Shown here piece by piece: positions 1-16,171 of a stretch of 64,000 nucleotides of DNA; within the stretch, counting starts at the first letter, position 1, and every line of letters starts with the position of its first letter. The stretch lies in assembly GCF_009914755.1 (NCBI RefSeq), contig NC_060932.1; one strand, given 5' to 3'. Position numbers and translations under genes: made by a program. The DNA comes from the human T2T-CHM13v2.0 reference genome, Homo sapiens. Under the pieces are notes generated by a model. That model made no database searches, had not been told where the DNA came from, and worked only from the letters and a program-made list of their open reading frames with translations.

Positions 1-2126
1 AGCCTGCAGAACCATGAGCCAATTAAACCTCTTTTCTCATAAATTATTTGGTCTCAGATAGTTATTTATAGCAAGGCAAGAATGGCCTAATACAGAAAAT
101 TGGAACCAAGAGGTGGGGCATTGCTATAAAGGTACCTGAAAATGTGAAAGCAGCTTTAGAACTGGGTAACAAGCAGAGGTTGGAAGAGTTTGGAGGGCTC
201 AGAAGAAGACAGGAAGATGAGGGAATGTTTGGAATTTCTTAGAGACTGGTTAAATTGTTGTGGCCAAAATGCTGACAGTGAAATGAGCAGTTGCAGTCCA
301 GGCTGCTGGGGTCTCAGATGGAAATGTGGAACTTACTGGTAACTGAAGCAAAGTTCATAAATGTAATGCCATAGTAAAGAGCCTGACTGCATTGTGCCCC
401 TGCCCTAGGGCTCTGTGGAAGCTGGAACTTCATAGTGATGATTAAGGGTATCTGGCAGAAAAACTTTCTAAGCAGCAAAGTGTTTAAGATGTTGCCTGGC
501 TGCTTCAAACAGCCTATTCTCAGATACAGGAGCAAAGGAATGACTTAAAGTTGGAACTTCTGTTGAAAAGGAAAGCAGAGCATAAAAGTTTAGAGATTTT
601 GCAGCCTGGCCATGTGACAGAGAAAGAAAAAGCTTTCTGGGGGGAGAAATTCAAGCTTCCTGTGTAGCAATCACTTGCTAGAAATATTTGCATAATTAAA
701 AGGGAGCCACATGCTGATAGCCAAGATACCAGGGAAAAAGCCTCAAAGGAATTTCAGAGATCTTCTAGGCAGCCCCTCCCATCACAGTTCCAGAGGCATA
801 GGAGGGGAGAATGGTTTCATGTGCCAGGCCCAGGACCCTGCTGCCCTGCGCAGCCTCAGGACACTGCTCCCTGCATCCCACCCACTCCAGCTCCAGCTGT
901 GGCTCAAAGGGCCCTAGGTTTTGGTTATGTCACCACTCTGGAGACTGCAAGCTGCTGTATGCTTTGGCTGCTTACATGTGGTGTTAGGCCTGCAGGTGTG
1001 TAGAGTACAAGAGTGAAAAATGCTTGGCAGCCCCTGCCTAGATTTTGGAGGTTGTATGAAAAATCCCAGGTGCCCAGGCAGGGGCCTGCTTCAGGGTCAG
1101 AGTCCCTACAGAAAATCTCTACTAGGGCAGTGAGGGGTGGGGGTGGGAAATGTGGGATTGGAGGCCCCACACAGAGTGGAGGAATGTGAGAAGGAGGCGA
1201 CCATCCTTCAGACTCCAGAATGGTAAATCCACCAGCAGCTTGCACCCTGCATCTGGAAAAGCCACAGGCACTTAACAACCTGTGAGAGCAGTTGAGGGGG
1301 TTTACCCTGCAAAGCCACAGGGGCAGAGCTGCCCAAGGCCTTCAGAGCCCACCTCTTGCACCAGTGTGCCCTGGGTGTGGGACATGGAATCAAAGGATAC
1401 TATTTCGGAGTTTTAAGATTTAATGACTACCCTGCTGAATTTCAGACTTGTGTGGGGCCTATAGCCCCCTTTCTTTTGGCAAATTTCTCTCTTTTGGAAC
1501 AGGAATGGTTTACCCAGTGCCTATACCCCCATTGTATCTTGGAAGTAACTAACTTGCTTTTTATTTTACAGGCTCATAGGTGGAAGGGATTTGCTTTGTC
1601 TCAGATGAGACTTTGAACATTCGAGTTAACACTGGAATGAGTTAAGACTTTGAGGGATTGATGAGAAAGCATGATTGTATTTTGCAATGTGATAAGGACA
1701 TGAGATTTGGGAGGGGCCAAGGGTAGAATGATATAGTTTGGGTATTTATCCTCACCCAAATCTCATGTTGAATTGTAATCCCCAATGCTGGGGGTGGGAC
1801 CTGGTGGGAGGTGTTTTGATGATGGGGGCAGATCCCTCATGGCTGGTGCTTTCTTCGTGATAGGGAGTTCTCACAAGATCTGGTCATTTACAAGTGGTGG
1901 CACCTTCCCCCTCTCTCTTTCTTGCTCCTGCTCTCATCATGTGAGATGCTTGCTCCCTCTTCACCTTCCACCATGAGTAAAGGCTTCCTGAGGCCTCCCC
2001 AGAAGCAGATACTGGCATGATGTTTCCTGCACAGCCTGAAAAACCATGAGCAAATTAAACCTCTTTTCTTGTAAATTACCTACTCTCAGGTATATCTTTA
2101 TAGCAATGCAAGAACATCCTAATATA
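1..2126 (+). mobile_element. MaLR (MST-family) LTR element: end of 5' LTR (1-94), internal region, 3' LTR (1729-2126)
   Basis: 1-94 repeats as 2032-2126 (agcctg..aaccatgagc.aattaaacctcttttct...cctaata). A purine-rich PPT precedes TGATAT at 1729. Internal region ~1.6 kb. Confidence 0.9.
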
Positions 2127-3611
2127 CTACCTATGAGATAGATCTTACTAATATAATAAACCCATATTTTACAGATGAGGAAATTGAGACCCAGAACATT
2201 CATGTAAAATTTCAGTATGAGATAAAAACCCATGTCACCTCTGTAAATTAAGGAAGGATGCCATCTACAGGACAGAAACTTTGAAGGAAAATTGCTAGAT
2301 ATAACACAGATAAGGCTAGATTCATTCAACAAATATTTACTGAGCACTTACTATATGCAAAAATTAAGTTGGGTGCTAGAGGCACTGTACAAGGTGATAA
2401 ATTTTTAAAAAGCCAACTGGTGACTCCGACCTGCAAACACAGTGTGCCCACTCCTAGACTTCTCATAGAGCCTCAAACCTACCAAAGCCCTCCTACCTCA
2501 GGGCATTTACACGTGCTGTTCTTTCTACTTTCACTCTACCCATGAGTGTCTTCTCTTCACACATCTTCTCATTCTTAATATCCATGTTCCATCATTGTCA
2601 TCACCTGATACTTAAACTTTCTGTATCTGTCAATTTGCAGATTAGTACCACCACAAATTGAAAGTTGTTAATCCCAGCAGAGCTCTCAATGTTACCTGTG
2701 GTCACACTAAGACCCTCTACTCAGTTTCTCTCTTTCTGCAATTGTAATTTCAGTTATTTACCAGTATCCTCAAATCTTTGACTCTACCACCTTCTCTTAC
2801 TATCAGCAGTCTACTTCTTCATGAGAAAATAGAAATTTTTTAGAGAGTAACTTTCTCATGTGTATTCCTAACTCCAACCATATCTCTATCCAATGTGATA
2901 GGTCCCCAGAATCTTATTGTAACCATAAAACTTCCTCCTGAATCCACTTATAAAGATTGACCTTGGACCAACCTCATTCACCCTCTTGAGAAATTAGAAT
3001 TAAAACTAATAAATTATATATTCAATTTTACATGTTTTCTTTTAAACAGAAAAGATGTCAAAAATTGGAGATGTGTTATGGCTATCTTTCACCCTATGTA
3101 CATATCATAGATTAAATCAGTATGCTTAGTTAGAGAAGGCCATGGAAATTTAGAAAAAGAGATGAGAGATAAAGGAAAGTTTCTGCATGAGTTTCCTAAG
3201 ACTTTCCATTTTCTTGGTTCCAGGTCTTTTCTAAGTCTCAGCTATATCCCTACATTTCTTTGGAGGCAGTCCTGTAATCTTATGATTAGGCTTGCTTTGC
3301 TAGTATTGGTTTGTTTCTGTCACTTCAACTAAAAATCATAAATACAAAATATTTACTTTGCAATTATTTCTAAAATGTTTTCTCCCCATCTCCACTGCCA
3401 GATTCTGGCCCACACCATCATTATCTCTTAGCTGAGTAATTGGAATGGCCTTCTAACTGGTCTCCTTACATGCCCTCGTGCTCCATGCAGTTACTCATCA
3501 AGTTGGGTTATTTGGAAATCATTTTATTCTACTATATAAAAGTTTTCAATGGCTTCCCTTTGTTAAAAAGCAAAAGCCTAAACATGGACTACACAACCTT
3601 AACATATTATC

Positions 3612-3940
<329 letters not shown>

Positions 3941-5104
3941 CATTTTATAAAGGGCTGGTATGTGTACATGTGAACATGCATTTATGCATATTGGTTCATA
4001 GCCAAAAATGCTTGAAAGCCACTGTTCTAGTTGGTTTGCAGAAGACCTGGACACACAGGGTAGCTCCAGCAAGAAAGAATTCTTCTGAAACTTCAGCTCT
4101 ACTCTGGAAAGTTCTGGAAGACGATGGAAAAGAGTAGAAGTTTGATTAGTACACTCTATAATCATGCCTGATGTTGATAAAAATAAAGACATTGTACAAC
4201 CACAAAAATGACCAAACTCCCATTCCAGCTAACACAAGAAACTATTGCCTCTTCTCCAAACACAAAATCTGTGGTTACTTTATCCTGCCTCTGCAATAAA
4301 GATAATTAAGATAACCAATCATCAACTTACTTTTGTTTCTTGTCAGTACTCAATTCAGGACAGAACCCAACTTCCATGAAATATCCTCAAAATCACCTAA
4401 CCCAAGCCCAAATCTTATAACAAGCCCCTCCTAACTTTTTCTTTCTGAGACGTTCCACAGTTCCCTATGGTGTGTGTTACATGCAAGTACCACTAAAGTT
4501 GCAGGAAAGAGAAATGAATTTATTGCAGTGGATTTGTCAAAGCATTAGGACTTCATTCTCTCACAGGACCCAATTCAGAAGGGCTGCAGGACTTTCTGTG
4601 TATATTTTATTTTATTTAGCCTAACAATCCTAGGAAGAAAGAATTATTAGCACTTCCATCCTACAGATAGAAAAACAAACTGACGCACAAATTGGTAAGG
4701 TAAAGAATCTAAGATCTAAGGATTTGGGCCCAGGCAGTCTGATGGCAGAGATGTTTCATCACAGAAGCTGTCTGGCTTCCAGCAAAATGCTACCACAATC
4801 TATTTAGTTATCCAGAGTCAAAATCTGTTGTTATGTTTATATCTGCATTACCCTGCCCTTTCATATCTAGCCAGAGCACCAACGAGGGTAATATATTCTC
4901 TACCTCCAACCTCCTACCTCCTCTTTCCATTCTCATTGCCACTCTGCTAGTTCAAATCCTCATTATCTCTCCTTAAACTGCTGCAAAATGTGTCAACTGC
5001 AATGTTTACCTCCAGTCACCTCCTCCTGTAATCAAATATAAATTCCTAAAGAATAATGTTCCTAAACACAGCCTTGATCACGCAATTCCTTGCCAGAAGA
5101 TATG

Positions 5105-5128
5105 TGATAGACAGATCGATAGACAGAT

Positions 5129-5170
<42 letters not shown>

Positions 5171-5171
5171 G

Positions 5172-5215
<44 letters not shown>
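5105..5215. repeat. GATA tetranucleotide microsatellite
   Basis: (GATA)10 GAGA (GATA)10 at 5129-5212, with degenerate units upstream. Confidence 0.97.
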
Positions 5216-5432
5216 GAAAAGCCACTAAACTGTACAGTTTGTCATTTAGACTCCTCTAACAGTTGACAGCTGCAGTCTATTTTCATATCATTTCTCCCAT
5301 TATCTTCCTCCCTCCAGATGAATTAAACTCCTTATCATTTCCTGAACAAGTCCTCAATTGTCTCATTCTTATGCCTTGGTTCACACTGTCTCTGTTCAGC
5401 CTACATTTCTAGGTTTCAAAATTCTATACATG

Positions 5433-8400
5433 AATGGGGGACTTCAACACCCCACTGACAGCATTAGACAGATCATGAAGGCAGAAAACTAACAAAGAAA
5501 TTCTGGGCTTAAATTCTACACTTGACCAGTTGGACCTAACAGACATCTTCAGAATACCCTACCCATCAACTACAGAATATATATTCACATTCTTTTCATC
5601 TGCACACAGAACATACTCCAAGACTGAACACATGTTTGGCCATAACACAAGTCTCGATAAATGCAAAAAAGTCAAAATTATACCAAGCATACTCTCAGAT
5701 CACAGCTGAATAAAAATAGAAATCAATACCAGGAAGATCTCTCAAAACCACACAATTACATGGAAATTAAACAACTTGTTCCTGAATGACTTTTGGGTAA
5801 ACAACTAAATTTAGGCCGAAATAAAAAAAAAAAATTCTTGAAATAAATGAAAACAGAGACAAAACACCAAAATCTCTGGGATGCAGCAAAGGCAGTGTTA
5901 AGAGGAAAGTTCATAACACTAAATGCTTACCTCAAAAAATTAGAAGATCTCTAATTAATGATCTAACATCACACCTAGAGGATCTAGAATAATAAGAACA
6001 AACTAACCCTAAAGACAACAAAAGAAAAGAAACAATTAAAATCAGAGCAGAAATGAATGAAATTGAGACCCAAAAATCCAATCAAAGAATCAGTGAAACT
6101 AGAAGTCAGTTCTTTGAAAGAATAAATGAGATTAGTAGACTGCCAGATAGACTAACAAGGAAAAAAAGAAAGAAGATCCAAATAAACATGATCAGAAATA
6201 ACAAAGATGACATTACAAGTGATCCCACAGAAATACAAAGGATTCTCAGAGACTTATATGAACACCTCTAGGCACACCCTCTAGAAAATCTACAGGAAAT
6301 GGATAAACTCCTGGAAACACACGATCTATCAAGATTAAATCAGGAGGAAATTAAAACCCTGAACAGACTAGTATTAAGTACTCAAATTGATTTAGTAATA
6401 AAAAATCTACCAACCAAAACAAGCTCCAGACCAGATGGATTCACAGAATAACTCTACTGGACATAGAAAGAAGAGCTGATACCAATTCTACTAAAACCAT
6501 TACAAAAAAATTGAAGAGGAGGGACTCCTCCCAAACACATTCTACAAAGCCAGCATCACCCTGATACCAAAACCTGGCAAAGACACAATGGAAAAAGAAA
6601 ACTATAGGCCAATATCCCTTATAGTCATAGACAAAAAAAATCCTCAACAAAATCCTAGCAAACCAAATCTAGCAGCACATCAAAAGTTAATTCTGATCAA
6701 GGAGGCTTCATTTCTGAGACGCAAGGTTGGTTCAAGATATGCAAATCATTAAATGTGATTCACCAGATAAGCAGAATTGAAAACAGAAACTATATGATCA
6801 TCTCAACAAATGCAGAAAAGGCTTTTGATAAAATTCAACATCTTTTATGATAAAATCCCTCAACAGACTAGGCATCAAAGGGACATACTTCAAAATAATA
6901 AGAGTCATCTATGACAAACCCACAGCCAACATCATACAGAAGAGCCAAAAGCTGGAAGCATTCTCTTTGATAAATGGAACAAGACAAGGATGCCATCTCT
7001 CACCACTCCTATTAAACATAGTACTGAAAGTCCTAGTCAGAGCAATCACGCAAGAGAAAGAAATAAAGGGAACCCAGATAGAAAAAGAAGTCAAACTATC
7101 TCTCTTCACTGATGATATGATTCTATACCTAGAAGAAACCTAAAGACTGCGAAAAGTCTCCTGGAACTGATAAACAACTTCAGTAAAGTTTCAGAATACT
7201 AAATCAATGTACAAAAATCACTAGAATTTCTATACACCAATAACATTCAAACTGAGAGTCAAATCAAGAATGTAATCCCATTTACAATAGCCACACACAC
7301 ACAAAAAAAACCCACTAGAACTGCATCTAACCATAGAAGTAAAAGGACTCTACAAAAAGAACTACAAAATGCTGCTGAAAGAAACAATAGATGACACAAA
7401 CAAATAGAAAAATATTCCATGCTTATGAGTTGGAAGAATCAATATTGTTATAATGGTCATACTGCCTAAAGCAATATATAGATTCAATGCTATTCCTATC
7501 AAACTACCAAAATCATTTTTCACAGAATTAGAAAAAATCTATTCTAAAATTCATATGGAACAAAAAAAGCCTAGATTGACAAAGCAATATTAAGCAAAAA
7601 GAACAAAGCCAGAGGAATCACCTTACCTAACTTCAACAATATTATAAGGCTACAGTTACCAAAACAGCATAGTACTGGTACGAAAACAGACAAATAAATT
7701 AATGGAACATAAATAGAGAACCCAGAAGTAAAGCTGTGCACCTATAGCCATCTGATCTTCAACAAATTTGAGAAAAATAAGCAATGGGGAAAGGACTCTC
7801 TATTCAATAAATGGTGCTGGGATAGCTGGCTAGCCATATGCAGAAGAATAAAACTATACCCTTACCTTTGACCATATACAAAAATTAACTCAAGATTGAT
7901 TAAAGATTTAAATGTAAGACCTCAAACTACAAGAATCCTAAAAGAAAACCTAGGAAACACCATTCTGGACATGGCCTTAGGGAATAATTTATGACTAAAT
8001 TCTCAAAAGCAATTGCAACAAAAAACAAAATTGACAAGTGGGACCTAATTAAACCAAAGAGCTTCTTCACAGCTAAAGAAACTATCAACAGAGTAAACAA
8101 ACAACCTACAGAATGGAAGAAAATATTTGCAAACCATGCATCTGACAAAGGTTTAATATCCAGAATCTATAAGGAACTTAATTCAACAAGCAAAGAAGCA
8201 AGTAACCCCATTAAAAAGTGGGCAAAGGACACGAATAGACACTTCTCAAAAGACAACATACAAGCAACCAAGAAACATGAAAAAAATATTCCACATCACT
8301 AATCATCAGAGAAATGGAGATCAAAAGTGCAATGAGATACCATCTCACACCAGTCAGCATTCTGACTTTTAAAAAGTCAGGAAACGACAGATGCTGGCAC

Positions 8401-9100
8401 AGCTGCAGAGAAAAGGGAATGCTTATATACTGCTGATGGGAATATAAATTAGTTCAGTCACTGTGAAAAGCCGTTTGGAGATTTCTCAAGAAAACTTTAA
8501 AAAAGAACTACCATTTGACCCAGCAACCCCATTACTGGGTATATATCCAAAATAAAATAAATCATTCTACCAAAAAGACACATGCACTCATATGTTCATC
8601 ACCATACTATTCACTATAGCAAAGACATGGAATCAGCCTAGGTGTTCATCAACAGTGGACTGGATTTAAAAAAAAAAGTGGTACATATACACAATGGAAT
8701 ACTGTGTGGCCATAAAAAAGAATGACATCATGTCCTTTGCAGCAATGTGGATGCAGCTGGAGGCCATTATCCTAAAAAAAATAAGGCAAGAACAGAAAAC
8801 CAAATATTTCATGTACTCACTTATAAGTAGGAGCTAACCATTGAGTATTCACGGACATAAAGGTGGCAACAATAGATACTGAAAGACTACCAGAGGGAGA
8901 AGGGAGGCGGGGAGCAAGGGTTAAAAAGCTAACTGTTGGGTACCATGCTCATGACCTGTGTGATAAGATCAATTATACCTCAAACCTCAGTATGACACAA
9001 TATAACCATGAAACAAACATGTACATGTATCCCCTGATTCTAAAATAAAACTTGAAATTATTTTTTTAAAATCTTAAATCATTTTTAGTAATCACACAAA
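5433..9100 (+). mobile_element. 5'-truncated older primate L1 (L1PA13-16/L1PB-like), decayed ORF2 plus 3' UTR
   Basis: ORF2 peptide fragments (KPTANII...[28 protein letters not shown]) with many stops. Candidate TSD AAAATTCTAT at 5418-5427 and 9101-9110. Confidence 0.92.
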
Positions 9101-10704
9101 AAAATTCTATCTATACTTGATCCAACTCAATGTCATTTAGTCTCCAAGGCAATGTGGTTTAGTAAAAAGACAAACAATGAAACATGGAATTAGAGTCTTT
9201 CTCAACATTCCCTCTGCAGACTCCACCACACTCAACTTCTCACAGCAAAGAAATTAATTTCATCCTCCTCTAAGCTTCTCTTCTACTTCGCTCATGTTTG
9301 TTTGTAGGAATTATCACATTCTGCCTCATGTGGTAGTTATTATTTACTTCATTTTCTTATGAGGTTAAAAAAAATCCTTGAGAATACAAAGCATCTTATT
9401 CATCTTACATTTATGCCATGAAGTATTAAGTAGTTATCAATAAGTTAATAGGACATTGTGAACATTCACATCGTTAAATGCAACAAAGTTCTGTGGTCAT
9501 GCCTCTCCAAAAGTCTAAGTTAAAAGGTGCTACAAATCCAGAAACTGGGTGGGAGAGGTTGTATTTCTTGGCTCTAAGATATCATTTGGGAATAGGGAAC
9601 TCTCTCAAAAAAGAGCCTAAATTTTTTTCTTCTTTCTCGAGGGACAATAATTTGAAAATTTTCAGGACCTCTCCTGTATTTAAGTGATGCTGCCTTCCTT
9701 GCTCTTTGTATACTCAGCCACCAGCATTTGTGAGTTGGGTCTACCATCATCCAATATGGAGCACTCTTGACAAGCTATTGGTTAATCTGATGTTCAGTCC
9801 ATATGTATGTGCCTTTGTCTCTGGCACCAATTCCTAGTCTAAAGAGTTCTGGTCAAGGGAGCAGGACTGAGTTTACCCTACCATGCTGTTACAATGGAAT
9901 TCAATGAAGAATTCATATTTTTTCTTTAAAAAAAAAAAACTGCTCAGGACCACTTTGTTTAGCTGAGCATGGAAGTGGGCAATGTTGGTGCCCAGAAGCT
10001 GGGAATGCTGCATGCATAGAAGCTTGATGCACTCCTCTCCAGTTCAGAAAACATTTAAATACTTATTTGATTTCCACAGAGCCTACTTCCCTATAAGAAA
10101 GACCTTATCTAATGGAAGGAATTAACTTGTTTCTCTCATTCCTAGCAAATTGCTAGCTTGAATGACTTTTTACTTAACCTCCTGGGTTTTTTCTTTAAGA
10201 AATTCACTTAAGAATAAAAAATGTTTTAAATACAGGCAGTAGGAAAATGTTTCCAAAGAAACATTTAACTTTTATGTTTAACTTTTCACCTCCCATCACA
10301 GCTTCTTCTCTGCTCCTCATTGTTGTTGGAAAAGCAAGAAGTCAAGGGATCTGTCAGAAAAGCAAGAGGGTGTGATTGAAATTAGCCATATAACTGGACG
10401 TCACTTAGGCCTGGCCTGCCTAACATATAGTGGAAATTACCTTGTGTTCTATCAACTCCCTGGGGCCCCAGAAAAGGGACATATGAATGAAATTCAGAAA
10501 AGAGCAACAAAATTATTAAAAAGCTGTGGGGTTGATTTATGAGGCACATTATGAAAGCTAAGTACATGTGGCTTGGCTAAACAATGACTAAATGAAGACA
10601 GGATGAATGCCTTTGAGTTTACGGAGAATACAATCACTGAGAAAAAAAGAGGCAGGGAGTTGTCTTGAAGGTGATAACATCACTATCACCACTTTTGTTC
10701 CTTT

Positions 10705-11850
10705 TTTTTAGTTGTATGTTGTTTTTAAACTGATACATCATAATTCTACGTACTTAAGGGGTACAGTGTGATTTTTCAAGACACGTATAGATTACATCAT
10801 GATCAAATCAGGGTAATAGCATAGCCATCACCTCAAATGCTCTTGATTTCTCTGTGGTAGGAACATTAAAAATCCTGTCTTCTCGCTATTCTGAAGTATT
10901 TGAAACTTGTTTTTATTATACTTTAAGTTCTAGGGTACATGTGCACAACGTGCACGTTTGTTACATATGTATACATGTGCCAGGTTGGTGTGCTGCACCC
11001 ATTAACTGGTCACTTACATTAGGTATATCTCCTAATGCTAACCTTCCCTCCTCCCCCAACCCCATGACAGGCCCCAGTGTGTGATGTTCCCCATCCTGTG
11101 TCCAAATGTTCTCATTGTTCAATTCTCACCTATGAGTGAGAACATGCGGTGTTTGGTTTTCTGTCCTTGCAATAGTTTGCCCAGAATGATGGTTTCTAGC
11201 TTCATCCATGTCCCTACAAAGGACATGAACTCATCCTTTTTTATGGCTGCATAGTATTCCATGGTGTATATGTGCCACATTTTCTTAATCCAGTCTATCA
11301 TTGATGGACATTTGGGTGGGTTCCAAGTCTTTGCTATTGTGAATAGTGCCACAGTAAACATACGTGTGCATGTGTCTTTATAGCAACATGATTTATAATC
11401 CTTTGAGTATATACCCAGTAATGGGATGGCTGGGTCAAATGGTATTTCTAGTTCTAGATCCTTTAGGAATTTTCACACTATCTTCCACAATGGTTGAACT
11501 AGTTTACGGTCACCAACAGTGTAAAAGCGTTCCTATTTCTCCACATCCTTTCTAGCACCTGTTTTTTCCTGACTTTTTAATGATTGCCATTCTAACTGGC
11601 ATGAGATGGTATCTCATTGTGGTTTTGATTTTCATTTCTCTGATGGCCAGTGATGATGAGCATTTTTAGTATTTGAAATATTATTGTTGACTATAGTCAC
11701 CCTATGGTGCAATTTAACAGGATAATTTATTCCTCCTAACTGTAGCTTTGTACCCACTGACTGACTCCTCATGTCCTCCCCTCCTGACTTCCCCCAGCTT
11801 CTGGTAACCACTATTCTACTCTCTACTTCTATGAGGTTGTTTCATTTTTT
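10705..11850 (-). mobile_element. Old L1M 3' end interrupted by a younger L1PA fragment
   Basis: L1M-type 3' UTR (ggggtacagtgtgatttt...; ttattgttgactatagtcaccc...) continues on both sides of the insert. Confidence 0.7.
10906..11667 (-). mobile_element. L1PA 3' fragment
   Basis: ORF2 C-terminus ([25 protein letters not shown]) plus 3' UTR. TSD AGTATTTGAAA at 10895-10905 and 11668-11678. Confidence 0.93.
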
Positions 11851-12615
11851 TAATATGGGGGCAGGGGCTGTGCTATTTTAACTACCTGCTACAGAACTTA
11901 GCACCAATTTTTTAAATTTTTCATAATAATAAGAAAGATAACACAATAGCACTGAAAACAACATAGTACCTTTAGAAAATGTAGGCAATTCTCTAAGTGT
12001 GTTCTGGATAAGAGTACTGACTGAGAAGTAATAAGAATATAAATCAATTAACAGGCTATGTGAAAAAGAAAAGGCAAAAATGAGCCCCTGATGTCACATC
12101 TGTGATGAGGGGATGAAAGGAGAGGACAAAATTAAAGGGGGAAAAGTAAATTGGCCAAAGTCCTTGCAGTTCATAACCCCATGGTTAGCTGCCAAGCCCA
12201 GCAATTCAAAAAAGAATCTCTAATAAGGTATCCCCTGACTTCTCCCAGAGACCTCAACTGCCACATGGATTATTTCAAACAGGAGAAGATCACCAGCCTG
12301 TATTCCATCCTTTTAGTGCCAAGCAAGACCCAGAGAAGTTTCATGTCACAGGCTGATGGGTGGTGGCTGATAGGACCAATTTAGCTGCTGCTGAAGAGCA
12401 AACAGCCTCCAGTTTGTTTCTTATCTCATCTTATGCAGAGCAATGAAAAGTGGCAAAACTTAAAGTGGAGTTTGCAGTATCTCAAAAGGTCCAAGAACTG
12501 ACCACTTGCCTGACCCTGAGGTGGATGTTGGGGATGTTACTGTAAATACGACATGCTCTGTGTCCTCAAGGACTCCCAGGCAGGACAGGGAGGCAGTCAC
12601 CAAAACAGACAAGTA

Positions 12616-14100
<1,485 letters not shown>

Positions 14101-15153
14101 TAATGATTATCCAGTGAGTTATGAGATAAAAGAGATAAGCTCGGCATCCCAGGCCTGCACTGCGGATAACATCTATCCCGGCATGAAGGATTTCAGAGAC
14201 TATGTCCTGGAGGCAGTGAAGCATGACATGACATGATTATCATCAGATGGTATCACTTTCAATTTACAATTGTTTTAAGATGAAGATCCTCATCCTAGAG
14301 CATTTATAGCAGATGATGGAGTGGATGTGTATTGTTTTGCTCACCAAGCTTGCTTTCTTTTTAAGGAACAGTCCTTTCTTCCCAAGAGAACTGCTCTTTC
14401 TCTCCATTCCAACCATGAGGTTCTAACTAATCCCCATACTTCACCTTCCTTGTCCCCATTGATTAGTCCAGGGTGAACCCATCCAATTTAATTCCTGGAA
14501 CTTTTAAAGTTGGGCCTAAGAGACAGGGACATTCCTTCTGTGGTGATAAGGTCATAAAGTAAGAAGATTGGAAGGATCATTTTTCCCTTATGTGGAAGTA
14601 ATCCTGTTGGCCCTCCTCTCTCTAGATCCCAATTGCCTCTGAGGACTCCCTGTACCATTCCTGTGCTGTCACTATGTGAAACATCACAGCATCCTTCCAG
14701 TAAAGTCCTCTTTTCGCAAAAACTAGTTCAAGTTTGGTTTCCATCTCTTGCAATCAAAACTGAATAGCAATTTTACACTTGCAGTGACTTCTTGACATGT
14801 TAATCCTTGTCTTAAAGTTACATTTTCCCTGTCACCACTCCCACCCCACTCTTTCCAAGAAGAGCTAGCCCAATCTCCATGTTGCCAATTTCTCCTTGTT
14901 CTATCTGAGTCTATTCATGCTTGGAACACTTGGCCGATGCTCTTTGCCTCCCCATTAGCAGTGCTTCTAGTTGCTCCATTTCAAAGTACATTAAAATGCT
15001 GTCTACCAAGAGCCACCACCAGAGAATCCTACTGAGTGGGTCAAGAGTGGGGCTCAGGAATCTGTATTTTTAACAAAATACATGCTGGTTGATTCGATCT
15101 GCAGCCAGATGGAGGCATCATTAGGCCAAATGGCTTACAAAACCTATCAGTTT

Positions 15154-15343
15154 TTTTGTTTTTTGTTTTATCTTTTTCTTAAACTTTTATTTCAAGTTCA
15201 GGGGTAAATGTGCAGGTTTGTTTACACAGGTAAATGTGTGTCATGGACATTTGTTGTGCAGATTATTTCATCGCCCAGGTATTAAGCCTGGTACCCATTA
15301 GTTATTTTTCCCGATCTTCTCCCTGCTCCCACCCTCCACCCTC
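15154..15343 (-). mobile_element. Very short L1PA 3' end
   Basis: L1 3' UTR terminus with T tract. TSD CAAAACCTATCAGTTT (15138-15153) / CAAAGCCTATCAATTT (15344-15359). Confidence 0.85.
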
Positions 15344-16127
15344 CAAAGCCTATCAATTTGAAGAGTAGGTAAATGTCCTACTCAAGAGTGCAAATGAACT
15401 GTTTCATCTCTAGTTAAGTTTGAGTACTACTCAGTCTCATTTACCTCAAAGAAAGCAGAACTATTAGAGGCTTGGAAGTGTGTCATAGTGGTTTCAGGCT
15501 GCCGAGAGAATTATCTAGAAGGGGCTTGAGGTGACCTCATCATCTGCGGGTGTTGCAGAGGCAGACCTGGCCCCTTCCGCAAGCTGCCTTTGATTTCCTT
15601 CATGCTGGGGACAGATGAGGTAGAGGCCATTTGTTTCTTTTTAAACTCTAGAATTACATCACAGGCCTGTATAATTTTCCTTAAAAAGTGTTTTTTGTTT
15701 TTTTCCAAAGCAACTATCCTCAAAAGAGCTGGGCATAGTTCTCCTAGGGGCAGCACCAGTGTTGAAGTGTGGGGGGAAACTGTTCTAAATCCTTCAAACA
15801 ATGTCACCTTTGGAGCAGTAAAACTGCTCCCTTTTTCCCATGAGAGATGACAAGCATGCCCCAGCAATCATTTCTTGAAAGCGGATGCCCGGTGAGAGAA
15901 GGATTTGATTTGCTGAAGGGTCAGCCAAGTTAAGCCAGTTTCTTCCTCATTTCTTCCCTGGCTGGAGGTTTTGATGGTGGTGATGGTGGTTGAACTGAAC
16001 CCACTTAGAAAACTGTCAAAGGTTTCTGGACTCTCAGGTGTGCCGTCTCACATTTGGTCTGCTACAGCAGGTGCTTCAAGGCTTTCTTCTGCCAAGATTT
16101 CTTTGTTTTATTTTATGATGTTTTCTT

Positions 16128-16129
<2 letters not shown>

Positions 16130-16167
<38 letters not shown>
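16130..16167. repeat. (TG)19 microsatellite
   Basis: Perfect dinucleotide run about 720 bp upstream of the TATA box. Confidence 0.97.

Positions 16168-16171
<4 letters not shown>

Noticed and set aside
314-1616. ORFs within the MST internal region
   Set aside because: Short fragments with no gag or pol motifs; MaLR internal sequence is decayed.
5105-5215. Regular repeat array as a CRISPR-like locus
   Set aside because: A simple microsatellite with no spacers, in eukaryotic DNA.
8300-11667. Large inverted repeat between 8.3-8.8 kb and 11.1-11.7 kb
   Set aside because: Independent L1 3' ends of different subfamilies in opposite orientation, each with its own TSD.
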